DNA from: a virus
Lineage: Duplodnaviria > Caudoviricetes
DNA length: 64,000 nucleotides
Virus record (IMG/VR): IMGVR_UViG_2671180612_000001
Location: 1 to 64,000 of that record
Direction: 5' to 3' (one strand)
In this document: positions 1 through 10,067 of the stretch, one piece after another
Numbering within the stretch: position 1 is the stretch's first letter
How the letters are laid out: each line of letters begins with the position of its first letter
Made by a program: the position numbers and the translations under genes
Notes under the pieces: model-generated
Database searches by the model: none
The model's input: the letters and a program-made list of their open reading frames with translations, nothing else
Told to the model about the DNA's origin: nothing

Positions 1-143
1 CGGCACCACAGCGCGCCGACGCCCAGCACGCAACGTCTGAAAAATCGGATCAGCGATCGATGACGACCATGTCTCTCTTGCTATAAGTAAGCTGTGATCA
101 ATTGAGATCGAGGTAGCGTGTTTAGAAAAGGAATGAACGAAAA

Positions 144-584
144 ATGGCTCGGACCCCTAAAGTAGACAAGCCCAAGTCCCGTATCGCTTCTTACATCGAG
201 AAGAAGATCGACGCGATTGCGGCCTACAAGTCCCAGAAGGACATCGCCGAGCAGGCCGGCTACGAGAACCCCTCCATCATCTCCATGTTCAAGCGTGGCG
301 ATGCGAAGGTGCCCCTCGATCGCGTCTACGACCTCGCCAAGGTGATCGAAGCCGATCCTCGGTATATGTTCCGCCTCGCGCTGGAGCAGTATTGGAGCGG
401 CAAGAACATCGATGAGGCGTTCGCCAATATCTTCGGGACCATCGTGTCCGCGAACGAGGTCGCCCTACTCGAGACGGTGCGCAAGGCTGCAAACGACGCT
501 GACCCCGTATTCACGTCGGCCCAGCTCGAGCAGATCGCCGCTGTCGTCTCTGGTGGTGCGACCAAAGCCGCCCGCACGGCCTGA
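144..584 (+). CDS. XRE/Cro-CI-like HTH transcriptional regulator (candidate master repressor)
   Basis: HTH-like segment SQKDIAEQAGYENPSIISMFKRGDAKVPLDRV; AAGGA RBS; terminator follows. Confidence 0.8.
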   Translation: MARTPKVDKPKSRIASYIEKKIDAIAAYKSQKDIAEQAGYENPSIISMFKRGDAKVPLDRVYDLAKVIEADPRYMFRLALEQYWSGKNIDEAFANIFGTIVSANEVALLETVRKAANDADPVFTSAQLEQIAAVVSGGATKAARTA

Positions 585-611
585 TCCGGCCTACCACGCT
601 ACCTCGTAAGG

Positions 612-635
612 GAGCCGCTACGCGCGGCTCTTTTT
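612..635 (+). terminator. Intrinsic terminator
   Basis: GAGCCGC-tac-GCGCGGCTC hairpin followed by TTTTT. Confidence 0.6.
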
Positions 636-647
636 CACAATGCCGTG

Positions 648-667
648 ATAAGTAAACGCTTGCTTAT
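648..667. promoter_or_regulatory. Palindromic operator copy (ATAAGTAAACGCTTGCTTAT)
   Basis: Matches the recurrent AAGTAAnnnnTTACTT motif. Confidence 0.7.
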
Positions 668-713
668 TCCCGATAGGCAGGCTCCAGAAATCAAGACCAT
701 AGGTGACTTTCGC

Positions 714-959
714 ATGAGCAATGGCATCCAATCTTCCGCGAACCCCGACGACTTCTTCGCGGAAGTCTCCTTCGAGCAGGCATATGCGCTCGCAGAAGAA
801 ATCCCCGACGCCGTCATCAAGGAAACAGCCGAAACGAAAGTCGTGTCGGGGACTCACCCGACCCGTGGAGCCATCTACATTGTCATCCCCTCGTTCGGGA
901 ACTCGATGGTGCTCAAATCCTACGTGAAACCAGTAGTATTCCGCGATCTCGAAGCGTAA
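714..959 (+). CDS. Hypothetical protein (81 aa)
   Basis: ATG at 714 after AGGTG; lies between two operator-like sites. Confidence 0.6.
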   Translation: MSNGIQSSANPDDFFAEVSFEQAYALAEEIPDAVIKETAETKVVSGTHPTRGAIYIVIPSFGNSMVLKSYVKPVVFRDLEA

Positions 960-1006
960 GTTACAGCTTACTTACTTTAGAGAACAAAGAAGAAACGGAG
1001 ATCGGA

Positions 1007-3496
1007 ATGAACCGCAGGATCGTAGAGCTTCGCGAGGCCATCACCAAGCTCGTCCAGCTTCTCGCTGGCAAGGGCCTGCGCGTCACGCAGATCGGCTCGC
1101 AAGCCTACGTGAAGACCGATCCCCGGACGCTGAAGCCCATCAGCGTCAACATCCCGAACATTCCGGACAACGCATCCGACGAGCTGATCGCGGCCATCCA
1201 GGGGTTCGTGGATCACGAGTGCGCCCACGTCCTCTTCACCGACTGGTCGATCGTGCTGCGCGCCTACGACTTCGATCGCCGCAAGGAGGGCGCGCGCAAG
1301 GGCGGGCGCATGGCCTCGCTCCACAACATCATGGAGGACTCCTTCATCGAGCGCCGCATGGGAGAGACCTTCCCAGGCGCCAAGTTCAACATCGCCCGCA
1401 CCGGCCGGTTCTTCCTCGAGAAGGTCTCGACCCCTAACACGGCCGCGGCGATCGCTAAGGGCGATCAGAATACCGCGTTCGGCTACATCATGGTTCCGAT
1501 GATGCGCGCGATCGCCGGCCAGGACGTCTTCCAGGAGTGGATGGACGACAATGGCTACTGGCAGCACCCGCACGCGATCAAGCTCCTCGCCGGCATGTCC
1601 GACGAGCTCAAGCGGAAGATCCCCCTCACCCGCACGTCGTCCGAGGTCTACGCGCTCGCCGAGGAGGTCTACGCGATCCTCTACCCTGAAAAGCCGCCCG
1701 AGCCGCAGGGCAAGGGCAAGGGCGAGAAGGAGCACCAGGAGGATAGCGATCAGGCGTCCGGCGACGAGCCCAGCGACGACCAGGCCGACAACGACGAGAC
1801 GTCGGAAGCCGAGGGCGAGACCGGCGAGGGTGAAGAGCCCCAGGACGAGGGCCAGTCGGGCGATGCGACCGACGAGGATCAGGACGCCGACGAGGCGGAA
1901 GAAGCGGAAGGCTCGAGCGAGGATGCAGCGGAAGAAGACGAAGGCGACGGCGGCTCGGCGGACGAAGAGGACGACGACGAGGACGGCGCCGACGATGAGG
2001 ACGAGGGAGCTTCGGGCAATGGCGACGAGTCCGACCCCGACGCTCCGGAGACCGACGAAGGGTCCGCTGGCGATGACGATGGCAAGGATGAGGGCGATCC
2101 CGACGAAGGCGAAGCTCCTTCGGCTGGCGATGGCGAGGATGAGGATGACGCCGACGACGCATCAGATCAGGATGCGGGCGCCGGCGATGATGACGAGGCT
2201 GACGACGAAGCTTCGGCCGGCGCGTCCGATGACGACGGCGACGACGAAGAGGTAGACGAGCCGGACGCCAGCGAGAACGAGGCCGCGGCCGGCAACGAGA
2301 CCGACGAGGACGACGGCTCCAAGGCGAGCTCGGGCTCCGACAGCTCGGATGATGAGGCCGGCGACGAAGAGGATGGCGGGGCCGACGAGGAAGAGGGTGA
2401 CGACGAGGCCGAGGGCGGCGGCAACAATGTCGAGCAGAACCGCGCCGACATGGACGAGGAGCCCGACCAGCCCGAAGAGGACAGCGGCTACGGCGAGAGC
2501 TTCTCGCCCGAGGAGGCGCCCGAGCTCGCCGGCATGGATCTCGCCAACCAGGTCGCCGAGCACATCCAGGAAGCGGCTATGCGCTCGATCGACGAGGCGA
2601 CCTACTCCGTCTTCACGACCGACTTCGACATCATGGAGACGCTCGAGGTCGAGGCGCTCGCCTACCAGGACGAATGGCTCGTCTCGATGGACGAGCAGAC
2701 GCGCACGATGATCGGGCAGATGCAGAAGGACGTCGAGCGCATGATGGCCTCGCGGTCGCGCTCGGTGAACGTGCCAGGCTTCCGGTCGGGTCGTATCCAT
2801 TCGGCGAACCTGCACCGCCTGATGGCCGGCGATGATCGCGTCTTCCGCAAGCGCGAGGAGCACCGCTCGAAGGCGACGGCCGTCTCGCTCGTGTGCGATC
2901 TCTCCGGCTCGATGGGCGGGCCGAAGTATCAGACCGCGATGATCGCGGCCTACGCACTGGCGCAGACCCTCGAGCGCGTGAACGTCGCGAACGAGGTCAT
3001 GGGCTTCACGACGGCCGGCTACCAGCAGATCCCGCAGAGCCTCATCGACGCCATCAACTACGAGGCCGGGCGCGGCATTCACTACTCGCGCCAGGTGCCG
3101 ATGTGGTTGCCCCTCTTCAAGACGTTCGAGGAGCGCCTGACGCCGGTCGTGAAGAAGCGCTTCGCCTACGCTGCGAACCAGCAGCCGGGCATGGGCGGCA
3201 ACGTCGATGGCGAGTCCATCGAGCGCGCGGCCGTGCGTCTCCTGCGTCGCCAGGAGGAGCGCAAGGTGCTGATCGTGTTCTCCGACGGTCATCCGGCCGG
3301 CGGCGAGCAGAAGGCGTGCGAGTGGCACCTCAAGCAGACCGTCCAACAGCTCGAAAAGTCGGGCGTGGACGTGATCGGCATCGGGATCATGGATGCGTCC
3401 GTGCGCTCGTTCTACACCAAGAGCGTCGTGCTCCCGCAGATCAACCTTCTGCCGAAGGTCGTCATGAACGAACTGAAGGCGATCCTCCTGAAATAG
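1007..3496 (+). CDS. CobT-like protein: N-terminal HExxH domain, long acidic linker, C-terminal vWA domain
   Basis: VDHECAHVLFTD; MIDAS DLSGSM; IVFSDGHP; extremely D/E-rich middle region. Confidence 0.85.
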   Translation: MNRRIVELREAITKLVQLLAGKGLRVTQIGSQAYVKTDPRTLKPISVNIPNIPDNASDELIAAIQGFVDHECAHVLFTDWSIVLRAYDFDRRKEGARKGGRMASLHNIMEDSFIERRMGETFPGAKFNIARTGRFFLEKVSTPNTAAAIAKGDQNTAFGYIMVPMMRAIAGQDVFQEWMDDNGYWQHPHAIKLLAGMSDELKRKIPLTRTSSEVYALAEEVYAILYPEKPPEPQGKGKGEKEHQEDSDQASGDEPSDDQADNDETSEAEGETGEGEEPQDEGQSGDATDEDQDADEAEEAEGSSEDAAEEDEGDGGSADEEDDDEDGADDEDEGASGNGDESDPDAPETDEGSAGDDDGKDEGDPDEGEAPSAGDGEDEDDADDASDQDAGAGDDDEADDEASAGASDDDGDDEEVDEPDASENEAAAGNETDEDDGSKASSGSDSSDDEAGDEEDGGADEEEGDDEAEGGGNNVEQNRADMDEEPDQPEEDSGYGESFSPEEAPELAGMDLANQVAEHIQEAAMRSIDEATYSVFTTDFDIMETLEVEALAYQDEWLVSMDEQTRTMIGQMQKDVERMMASRSRSVNVPGFRSGRIHSANLHRLMAGDDRVFRKREEHRSKATAVSLVCDLSGSMGGPKYQTAMIAAYALAQTLERVNVANEVMGFTTAGYQQIPQSLIDAINYEAGRGIHYSRQVPMWLPLFKTFEERLTPVVKKRFAYAANQQPGMGGNVDGESIERAAVRLLRRQEERKVLIVFSDGHPAGGEQKACEWHLKQTVQQLEKSGVDVIGIGIMDASVRSFYTKSVVLPQINLLPKVVMNELKAILLK

Positions 3497-3575
3497 GGCT
3501 CGAGCGGTCGGCGCGTCCCGATCGAACACCCCGCTCGATCCCGTCACTTGCTCGCTTGCGTCCCATCGCGTCAGC

Positions 3576-3591
3576 AAGTAAACACTTACTT
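3576..3591. promoter_or_regulatory. Palindromic operator copy (AAGTAAACACTTACTT)
   Basis: Upstream of the AAA gene. Confidence 0.7.
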
Positions 3592-3629
3592 ATCAGCAAC
3601 AGCGCAGCGCACGAAGAAGGAGAAATTCG

Positions 3630-4811
3630 ATGACGCAGGAAGCCAAGCAGGGCGACAAGATCACCTGCCATGTGGACGGTATGCTCGTCCACGTCATCAA
3701 GCGCCACCTCGAGAAGCACCATCCCGAGTGGACGATCGAGCGCTACCAGCAGACCTATCCGGGCGAGCCGATCCTGTCGGCCTACGCCGAGCAGGTGATC
3801 GCCCAGGAGCGCGCCAAGTCGCAGACCGCAGCCGCGACGCATTCCGTCACCGATGCGAACGCGGGCTCGATGCAGTCGGTCATGTCGACCTTCCGCGAAA
3901 TTTTCGGCCTGCCCGACGTGCCTGCCGCCAAGAACGTGCGTGGCGAGGACATCAAGCTGGAGCGCTTCGAGAACCACAACGAGGAAGACGCGGCCATGGT
4001 GCCGGACGTCGATCCTCGCTACGTCTTCAACATCGATCTCACCAAGAAGATCATGGCCGGCATCCGCCTGCGCAAGAACGTCTACCTCTGGGGCCTGCAC
4101 GGCTCCGGCAAGACGACGGCGCTGGAGCAGTATTGCGCTCGCACCGGCCGGCCGTTCTCGCGCGTCCAGCACACGGCCAACACCGAAGAGAGCCACATCC
4201 TCGGCCAGTATGTCGTGCGCGACGGCCAGACCGAGTTCCAGCTCGGCCCGCTGCCGATGGCGATGATGAACGGCTGGGTCTACTGCGCCGACGAATACGA
4301 CTTCGCCATGCCCTTCGTGATCGCGGTCTACCAGTCGGTGATGGAGGGCAAGCCGCTCGTCATCAAGGACGCACCGCCCGAGTTCCGCATCATCCGCCCG
4401 CATCCCGAGTTCCGCCTCGTCGCGACCGGCAACACGAACGGCTGCGGTGACGAGACTGGCCTCTACCAGGGCACGCAGATCCAGAACGCCGCGAACTACT
4501 CGCGCTTCGGCGTCACCGAGGAGGTGAAATACCCCGAGAAGGACGTCGAGGCGTCGATCGTCTCGAGCCAAGCGCGCGTGAAGAAGCCCGAGGCCGTCAA
4601 GATCGTGGAGTTCGCCAACAAGGTTCGCGACGAGTTCCGCGAGGGCCGCTGCTCGATGACCGTCTCGCCGCGCGAGCTGATCACGGCCGCGGAGCTGGCT
4701 GTCGCGTTCGGCAACGACTGGAAGCTCGGCCTGCGCCTGGCCTTCACCAACCGCCTGTCGCGCATCGACCAGCAGGTCATGGGCGATTTCATGCAGCGGA
4801 TCTGGGCGTAA
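3630..4811 (+). CDS. CobS/MoxR-family AAA+ ATPase
   Basis: Walker A GLHGSGKT; Walker B YCADEYD; VATGNTNG; SPRELI; N-terminal Cys/His cluster; adjacent to the vWA partner. Confidence 0.88.
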   Translation: MTQEAKQGDKITCHVDGMLVHVIKRHLEKHHPEWTIERYQQTYPGEPILSAYAEQVIAQERAKSQTAAATHSVTDANAGSMQSVMSTFREIFGLPDVPAAKNVRGEDIKLERFENHNEEDAAMVPDVDPRYVFNIDLTKKIMAGIRLRKNVYLWGLHGSGKTTALEQYCARTGRPFSRVQHTANTEESHILGQYVVRDGQTEFQLGPLPMAMMNGWVYCADEYDFAMPFVIAVYQSVMEGKPLVIKDAPPEFRIIRPHPEFRLVATGNTNGCGDETGLYQGTQIQNAANYSRFGVTEEVKYPEKDVEASIVSSQARVKKPEAVKIVEFANKVRDEFREGRCSMTVSPRELITAAELAVAFGNDWKLGLRLAFTNRLSRIDQQVMGDFMQRIWA

Positions 4812-4821
4812 GGGGCTCGCG

Positions 4822-5442
4822 ATGCAGCGCTACGAGGACTCCAAGAAGGACATCACCTCCTTCGCCTGGAAGGTGCTGCGTCGCGCCCATGCGGCCGGCG
4901 CGCGCACCATCACGCTCGAGGACATCGTCTCCGAGCTCGGCATCGCCTGGTGCGAGGCCGCAAAGCGGTTCGATCCGACGGCCGGCGCCAGCTTCCGCAC
5001 CTTCCTCTGGAACGGGATGCGAATGCACATCAACCGCTGGTTCGAGACCGAGGTCACGCGCCGGCACGGTGAAGCGGTCGCCGCGTCCATCGACGCATCC
5101 CAATCCGACGCCGATGATGGCCCGACGCTCGCCGACATTCTGGCGTCCGACGATCTCGATCCCGAACAGATCGCGGCGCGCGAGACCTTCTATGCCGCTG
5201 TCCTGCGCCAGCTCTCCGAGCGTGCGCGCCTCTTCGTCGTGATCCTGCGCGAGGAGCCCGAAGAGGTCATGGCCGAGGTCGATCGCCTGCGCGAGCGAGC
5301 GGACTTTGCCAAGTCCCGCGGGATCACGCAGCCCTTCTACAATCGCCTGACGGCCGCGCTCGTCTTCGACCTGATGGATGCGTCCGCGCCCGAGCGCAAC
5401 GCGATCCAGGCCGAGATCCGCGCCGCGTGCGCAAGGCTTTAA
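4822..5442 (+). CDS. Sigma-70 region-2-like phage transcription factor
   Basis: EDIVSELGIAWCEAAKRFDPTAGASFRTFLW resembles sigma region 2; SID and TLADIL resemble region 3. Confidence 0.6.
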   Translation: MQRYEDSKKDITSFAWKVLRRAHAAGARTITLEDIVSELGIAWCEAAKRFDPTAGASFRTFLWNGMRMHINRWFETEVTRRHGEAVAASIDASQSDADDGPTLADILASDDLDPEQIAARETFYAAVLRQLSERARLFVVILREEPEEVMAEVDRLRERADFAKSRGITQPFYNRLTAALVFDLMDASAPERNAIQAEIRAACARL

Positions 5443-5458
5443 GCAAGGAAGTAAGTAA

Positions 5459-5995
5459 ATGCTTACGCAACAGCAACCGTCCGTCGATCTCGCGCCTGGC
5501 TGCTACGGCTCGGCGCTCGCCTTCAAGAGCGAAGCCGCGGCTTGCGCCTCCTGCATCTTCAAGGAGCGCTGCGAGCCGCAGTCCGTCGCCAATCTGACGG
5601 CCCTACGCGCGCGTTTGGGCGTGACGGGTGCTCCGCGTCGCAAATCGCCCGAGAAGAAGCCCACTGCCAACCTCGCCGGCCAGATGACCATTTCCGGCGC
5701 GGTGCGGGAGATGGCCGAGAAGATCGACGGGATGAACCTGTCGATCGTCCGCAACATGCAGGAGGGCATCAACCCCTTCCTCAAGACCAAGCTCGGTTCG
5801 ATGCGCGTCGCGGCCGACGTGATCATGGGTCAGCGCGGCCCGCTCGCCGAGACCATGCTCATGGCCGCGTTCAAGACCTCGCTCGGCATGGACGAAGAGG
5901 GCGCAGCCAAGCGCGCCCGCACCGCAATCCAGATCCTCCAGCACGTCGGCGCCGTCGATGTCCGCGAGGGCTTCATTTCCATCAGGAGAGCCTGA
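5459..5995 (+). CDS. Hypothetical protein with N-terminal Cys cluster and C-terminal wHTH-like segment
   Basis: PGCYG...CASC...C; long ORF with typical codon usage. Confidence 0.65.
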   Translation: MLTQQQPSVDLAPGCYGSALAFKSEAAACASCIFKERCEPQSVANLTALRARLGVTGAPRRKSPEKKPTANLAGQMTISGAVREMAEKIDGMNLSIVRNMQEGINPFLKTKLGSMRVAADVIMGQRGPLAETMLMAAFKTSLGMDEEGAAKRARTAIQILQHVGAVDVREGFISIRRA

Positions 5996-5996
5996 T

Positions 5997-8900
5997 TTGC
6001 ATACCGCGCTCGCAGTCCGCACCGATTTCTCGATCGGCGAGTCGATCCTCAACCCCAAGGCCGCGGTGAAAGCCGCCAAGACGGCCGGGCAGAGCGTCAT
6101 CGCCATCACCGACACCATGAGCGTCACCTCGATGATCGCGGTGACGAACGCAGCCAAGGACGCCGGCATGAAGCCCGTGATCGGGTGCCGCGTCATGCTG
6201 GTCGACGACCACACCTGGAAGAAGTCGAAGGAGCAGAAGAACCGGCCGGAGTTCTACGCGACCGTCTACGTGAAGACGAGCGCCGGCCTCCTCATGCTCT
6301 ACCGGCTCCTGTCGCTCGCCAACTCCGACGAGCGCTTCTACTACAAGCCGCTCCTGTCCTTTGGCGACCTGATGGACGCGCTCGGCACCGTCACCGGCGA
6401 TGACGTCGCGGTCACGACGTCCGACACCCATTCGTTCCTGCGCCACCCCGAGGCCGACCAGATCGTCGGCGAGCTCGTGCGCCTCATCGGCAAGGAGAAC
6501 GTCTACGCCTCGATCATCGGCGCCCGCTCGGCCTATTTCGACGCGGTGAACACGATCGCCGGCGAGATGGTCGAGAAGCACGGCATCCAGCCCCTTGCGG
6601 TGCGTCCCGCGATGTATGGCAACGGCTCCATGCAGGCATCGGCCCGCGAGGTCATGGGCGCGATCACGAACAACAACAAGCTGTCGGACCCCTGGCACAA
6701 GAGCCCGTTCAACCGGGACTTCTTCATCATGGAGCAGCCGCTCTTCACGCAGGAGATCGTCGCAGCCGCCAAGCGCATGAAGCTGCGCGGCCGGGGCGAT
6801 GCGGGCACGCTCGCCAAGGCAGCGATCGCCAACACGCAAGTCCTGGTCGACTCCGTCTCCTTCGAGTGGTCGAAGTCCCCCGTCTCGCTGCCGCAGATGG
6901 CGCCCGACGAGTTCGAGGCGGTGAAGGCCGAGTGCAAGAAGGGCTGGGCTACGCGCTTCACCCGCGAGACCTTCGGCCACTGCCCGACGCGCGACGAGCT
7001 CCTCGAGGTCTACAAGCCCCGCCTCGCCTACGAGCTCGAGGTGCTGAAAGCCCTGAACTTCTCCGGCTACTTTCTCCTGGTGCAGGACATCGTCGTCTGG
7101 GCGAAGTCGCAAGGGATCATGGTCGGCCCCGGCCGCGGCTCCGTCGGCGGCTCGCTCGTCGCCTATCTCATGGGCATCACCGAATGCGATCCGATCCGCT
7201 TCGACCTCATGTTCGAGCGCTTCATCAACCCGGATCGTATCGACCTTCCCGACGCCGACCTCGACTTCATGCGCGATCGGCGCCACGAGGTCTTCGACTA
7301 CATCATCCAGAAATACGGGCAGGAGCGCGTGGCCGGCGTGTCGAACTTCGGCAAGCTGGGCGCTGCGTCCTCGATCCGCGACGTCATGCGCTCGTTCAAT
7401 CGGCCGGAAGCGGAATACCGCTGCTCGAAGTATGTGCCCGACAACCATGGGCAGAGCGTGACGCTGGCTGAAGCCCTCGCGGCCGTCCCCGAGATCCAGG
7501 AGATGAAGGGCAAGAACGAGAGCGCCTGGACGATCATGGAAGCGCTCGAAGGTTCGATCCGCAACATGAGCCAGCACGCGGCCGGCGTCGTCGTCGGTGG
7601 CTGCGATCTCACCGAGCGCGCGGTCATCGAGCGGCGCAAGGGCGCGTCCGTCGTGAATTGGGACAAGCGCATCGTCGAGGAGCAGGGGCTCGTCAAGATC
7701 GACGTTCTCGGCCTCGCCACGCTCGACCAGATCATGCTGACGCTCGACTATATCCGCGAGCGCCACCCCAAGGTGCCCGACATCACCGCGATCCCGCTCG
7801 ATGACGAGAAGGTGCTGGCGAACTTCGCGGCTGCGCGCACGATCGGCATCTTCCAGTTCCCGAAAAGCGGCGCGCGCAAGCTCCTGCGCGAGCTCGGCAA
7901 GGACGGCTGGATCACCTTCAACGACGTGACGGCCGCGTCCGGTCTCAACCGTCCAGGCCCGATCGAGGCCGGCCTCACCGAGAGCTACTATCGCCGCAAG
8001 CAGGGCGTCGAGGACGTCGAATACGATCACCAGCTCATGGAGCCGATCCTGAACACGACGTTCGGGGTCATGGTCTACCAGGAGCAGATCATGAAGATCT
8101 CCGTGGTGATCGCCGGCTACACGCCGGCCGAGTCCGACAAGCTGCGCAAGATCATGGGCAAGAAAGAGCCCGCGGAGATGGCGAAGCAGCGCGACAAGTT
8201 CGTCGCGGGCTGCGTGAAGACCGTCGGCTCGACGGAAGCCTGGGGCGCCGCGCTCTTCGACAAGATCGAGGGCTTCGCCGGCTACGGCTTCAACCTCTCG
8301 CACTCGGTCGAATACACGCTGATCTCCTACCAGGCGATGTTCCTCAAGACCTACTACCCGGTCGAGTTCTTCTCGGCCGCGCTGACGATCCTCGACGAGG
8401 CGGATCTTCCCGCGATCATCGACGAGGCCGAGCGCATGGGGATCGAGGTCGACGTGCCGGACGTCAACAACTCGACCGCGCGCTTCGAGATCGTCACCGA
8501 CACCCGGCTCGTGATGCCCTTCCAGCGCGTGAAGGGTCTGACGACGCGCTCGGCCGACGCCATCGTGACGGCCCGCGAGTCCCTGCCCGGTCGCCGGTTC
8601 GAGGACATCGCGCAGTTCGAGAACGCGGTGAACAAGCGGCTCGTCAACAAGGCGAAGATCGAGACCCTCAACCAGATCGGCGCGTTCGCGCGCATCGAGC
8701 CGGGCCAGGTGCCGTCGAACGACCCCTCGCGCATCAAGGCGCAGATCGAGAACCTGCCCGGCCTCATCACGGCCGCGATGCCGATCGACCGCGATCTCCA
8801 GAACGACAAGGACACGCGGCTCGCGATCCTCGGCGTCGTCGCGGACTACCAGGGCCAGTTCGGCTTTGCCAACGAGGACGGATCGGACGGCGTGCCGGTG

Positions 8901-9374
8901 AAGCCCTTCTTCGGCAAGAAGGCCGGCGCCATGGTCATCACGGACGCACCGAATTGGGAGGAGGAGCAGCAGGGGCAAATGTCGCAGTCGAAGTCCTCCC
9001 GCGCGATCCTGACCGCGCTCGAGAACAACGAGCTCGACCGCGCCGACGTCTACTGGACCGGCCTCATCAAGCGGCCGAAGGAAGGCAAGCAGGTGAGCCC
9101 CGAGGAGATCGCCCGCTACATGCCGTTCCTGCGCCAGGAGATCGAGCTCCTCAAGCCGCCCGTGATCGCGCTCGTCGGCTCCCAGGCCGTCCGCACGTTC
9201 ATGCCCGACTTCAAGGGCAAGGCGTCCGACGTCGCCGGCAAGGTCGTCTACTCCAAGGAGTTCGACTGCAATTTCGTGATCGGGTTCAACCCCGGCGAAA
9301 TCTTCTTCGCGCCCGAGAAGGCCGACGAGATGGACAAGGTTTTCGCGTCCGTCCGGAAGCTGATCGGGCGCTGA
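5997..9374 (+). CDS. dnaE: DNA polymerase III alpha subunit with C-terminal uracil-DNA-glycosylase-like domain
   Basis: PHP region (TDFSIGES, AITD); GPGRGSVGGSL; FERFINPDRIDLPDADLDF; FAGYGFNLSHS; C-terminal DVYWTGLIKRP...EIELLKPPVIALVG; likely TTG start at 5997 after AGGAG. Confidence 0.93.
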   Translation: MHTALAVRTDFSIGESILNPKAAVKAAKTAGQSVIAITDTMSVTSMIAVTNAAKDAGMKPVIGCRVMLVDDHTWKKSKEQKNRPEFYATVYVKTSAGLLMLYRLLSLANSDERFYYKPLLSFGDLMDALGTVTGDDVAVTTSDTHSFLRHPEADQIVGELVRLIGKENVYASIIGARSAYFDAVNTIAGEMVEKHGIQPLAVRPAMYGNGSMQASAREVMGAITNNNKLSDPWHKSPFNRDFFIMEQPLFTQEIVAAAKRMKLRGRGDAGTLAKAAIANTQVLVDSVSFEWSKSPVSLPQMAPDEFEAVKAECKKGWATRFTRETFGHCPTRDELLEVYKPRLAYELEVLKALNFSGYFLLVQDIVVWAKSQGIMVGPGRGSVGGSLVAYLMGITECDPIRFDLMFERFINPDRIDLPDADLDFMRDRRHEVFDYIIQKYGQERVAGVSNFGKLGAASSIRDVMRSFNRPEAEYRCSKYVPDNHGQSVTLAEALAAVPEIQEMKGKNESAWTIMEALEGSIRNMSQHAAGVVVGGCDLTERAVIERRKGASVVNWDKRIVEEQGLVKIDVLGLATLDQIMLTLDYIRERHPKVPDITAIPLDDEKVLANFAAARTIGIFQFPKSGARKLLRELGKDGWITFNDVTAASGLNRPGPIEAGLTESYYRRKQGVEDVEYDHQLMEPILNTTFGVMVYQEQIMKISVVIAGYTPAESDKLRKIMGKKEPAEMAKQRDKFVAGCVKTVGSTEAWGAALFDKIEGFAGYGFNLSHSVEYTLISYQAMFLKTYYPVEFFSAALTILDEADLPAIIDEAERMGIEVDVPDVNNSTARFEIVTDTRLVMPFQRVKGLTTRSADAIVTARESLPGRRFEDIAQFENAVNKRLVNKAKIETLNQIGAFARIEPGQVPSNDPSRIKAQIENLPGLITAAMPIDRDLQNDKDTRLAILGVVADYQGQFGFANEDGSDGVPVKPFFGKKAGAMVITDAPNWEEEQQGQMSQSKSSRAILTALENNELDRADVYWTGLIKRPKEGKQVSPEEIARYMPFLRQEIELLKPPVIALVGSQAVRTFMPDFKGKASDVAGKVVYSKEFDCNFVIGFNPGEIFFAPEKADEMDKVFASVRKLIGR

Positions 9375-9447
9375 AAAATAAGCGCAAATCCGTTTGCGAT
9401 TGCGCTATAAAGTAAGTAAGCACTTACGCAACAAGCGAAGAGAGCCA

Positions 9448-10005
9448 ATGAGCGACACAGCCGAACCCAACGAAACGCAAGACACGGGCGTCCCTGCAAT
9501 CCAGGTGCGTCCCCTGATCGACGCCGCCCAGCTCAAGAAGGACATCGCCTACTCGACGACCGATCTGTCGACCGCGATGTCGAACCAGGCGTCCCTGTTC
9601 TCCGACTACGGCGTGATCGCGGCCAAGGCGTCGTTCCAGGTCAACCGCATCGAGACCACGCTCAAGCAGGTCGAGAGCGTCGTCTACCGCAAGCTGCGCG
9701 ACGAGGCGTCCCAGGCGGGCACCAAGATCACCGAGGCGCAGCTCACGGCCAACGTCGCGATCCATCGCCAGGTGCGGGCCGTGAAGGGCGCGCTGAACGA
9801 GGCCAAGCAGATCGAGACGATCGCCAAGCACGCCGTCGAAGCCTTCCGGCACCGGCGCGACATGCTGATCCAGGAGGGCCTGATCTCCCGCGAGGAGATG
9901 AAGGGCGAACTCACCATCCGGCGCAAGAACATCGCCGAGGAAGAATCCAAGACCCAGCGCGACCAGGTGCTCGAGCGCCTGCGTCAGGCCGGCCAGGTCG
10001 ACTGA
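9448..10005 (+). CDS. Coiled-coil protein, possibly UvsY-like recombination mediator
   Basis: Helical ORF in the replication module; operator at 9414-9429; function inferred. Confidence 0.55.
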   Translation: MSDTAEPNETQDTGVPAIQVRPLIDAAQLKKDIAYSTTDLSTAMSNQASLFSDYGVIAAKASFQVNRIETTLKQVESVVYRKLRDEASQAGTKITEAQLTANVAIHRQVRAVKGALNEAKQIETIAKHAVEAFRHRRDMLIQEGLISREEMKGELTIRRKNIAEEESKTQRDQVLERLRQAGQVD

Positions 10006-10067
10006 TCCGCGGCGTCCGGCGGCTCCGGACGCACCCAACATCCCAACCCTGTCTTAGGAGACTACCC

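Noticed and set aside
1730-2520. GAC/GAG-rich low-complexity tract as a DNA repeat or array
   Set aside because: Explained by the acidic linker of the CobT-like protein.
1007-4811. Cobalamin biosynthesis auxiliary metabolic genes
   Set aside because: No cobN or other cob genes; the architecture fits generic phage MoxR-vWA pairs.
5982-8978. Long minus-strand ORFs opposite dnaE and other genes (also 27752-30727, 22066-23886, 10138-11823)
   Set aside because: Antisense shadows typical of high-GC coding DNA; no recognisable motifs.
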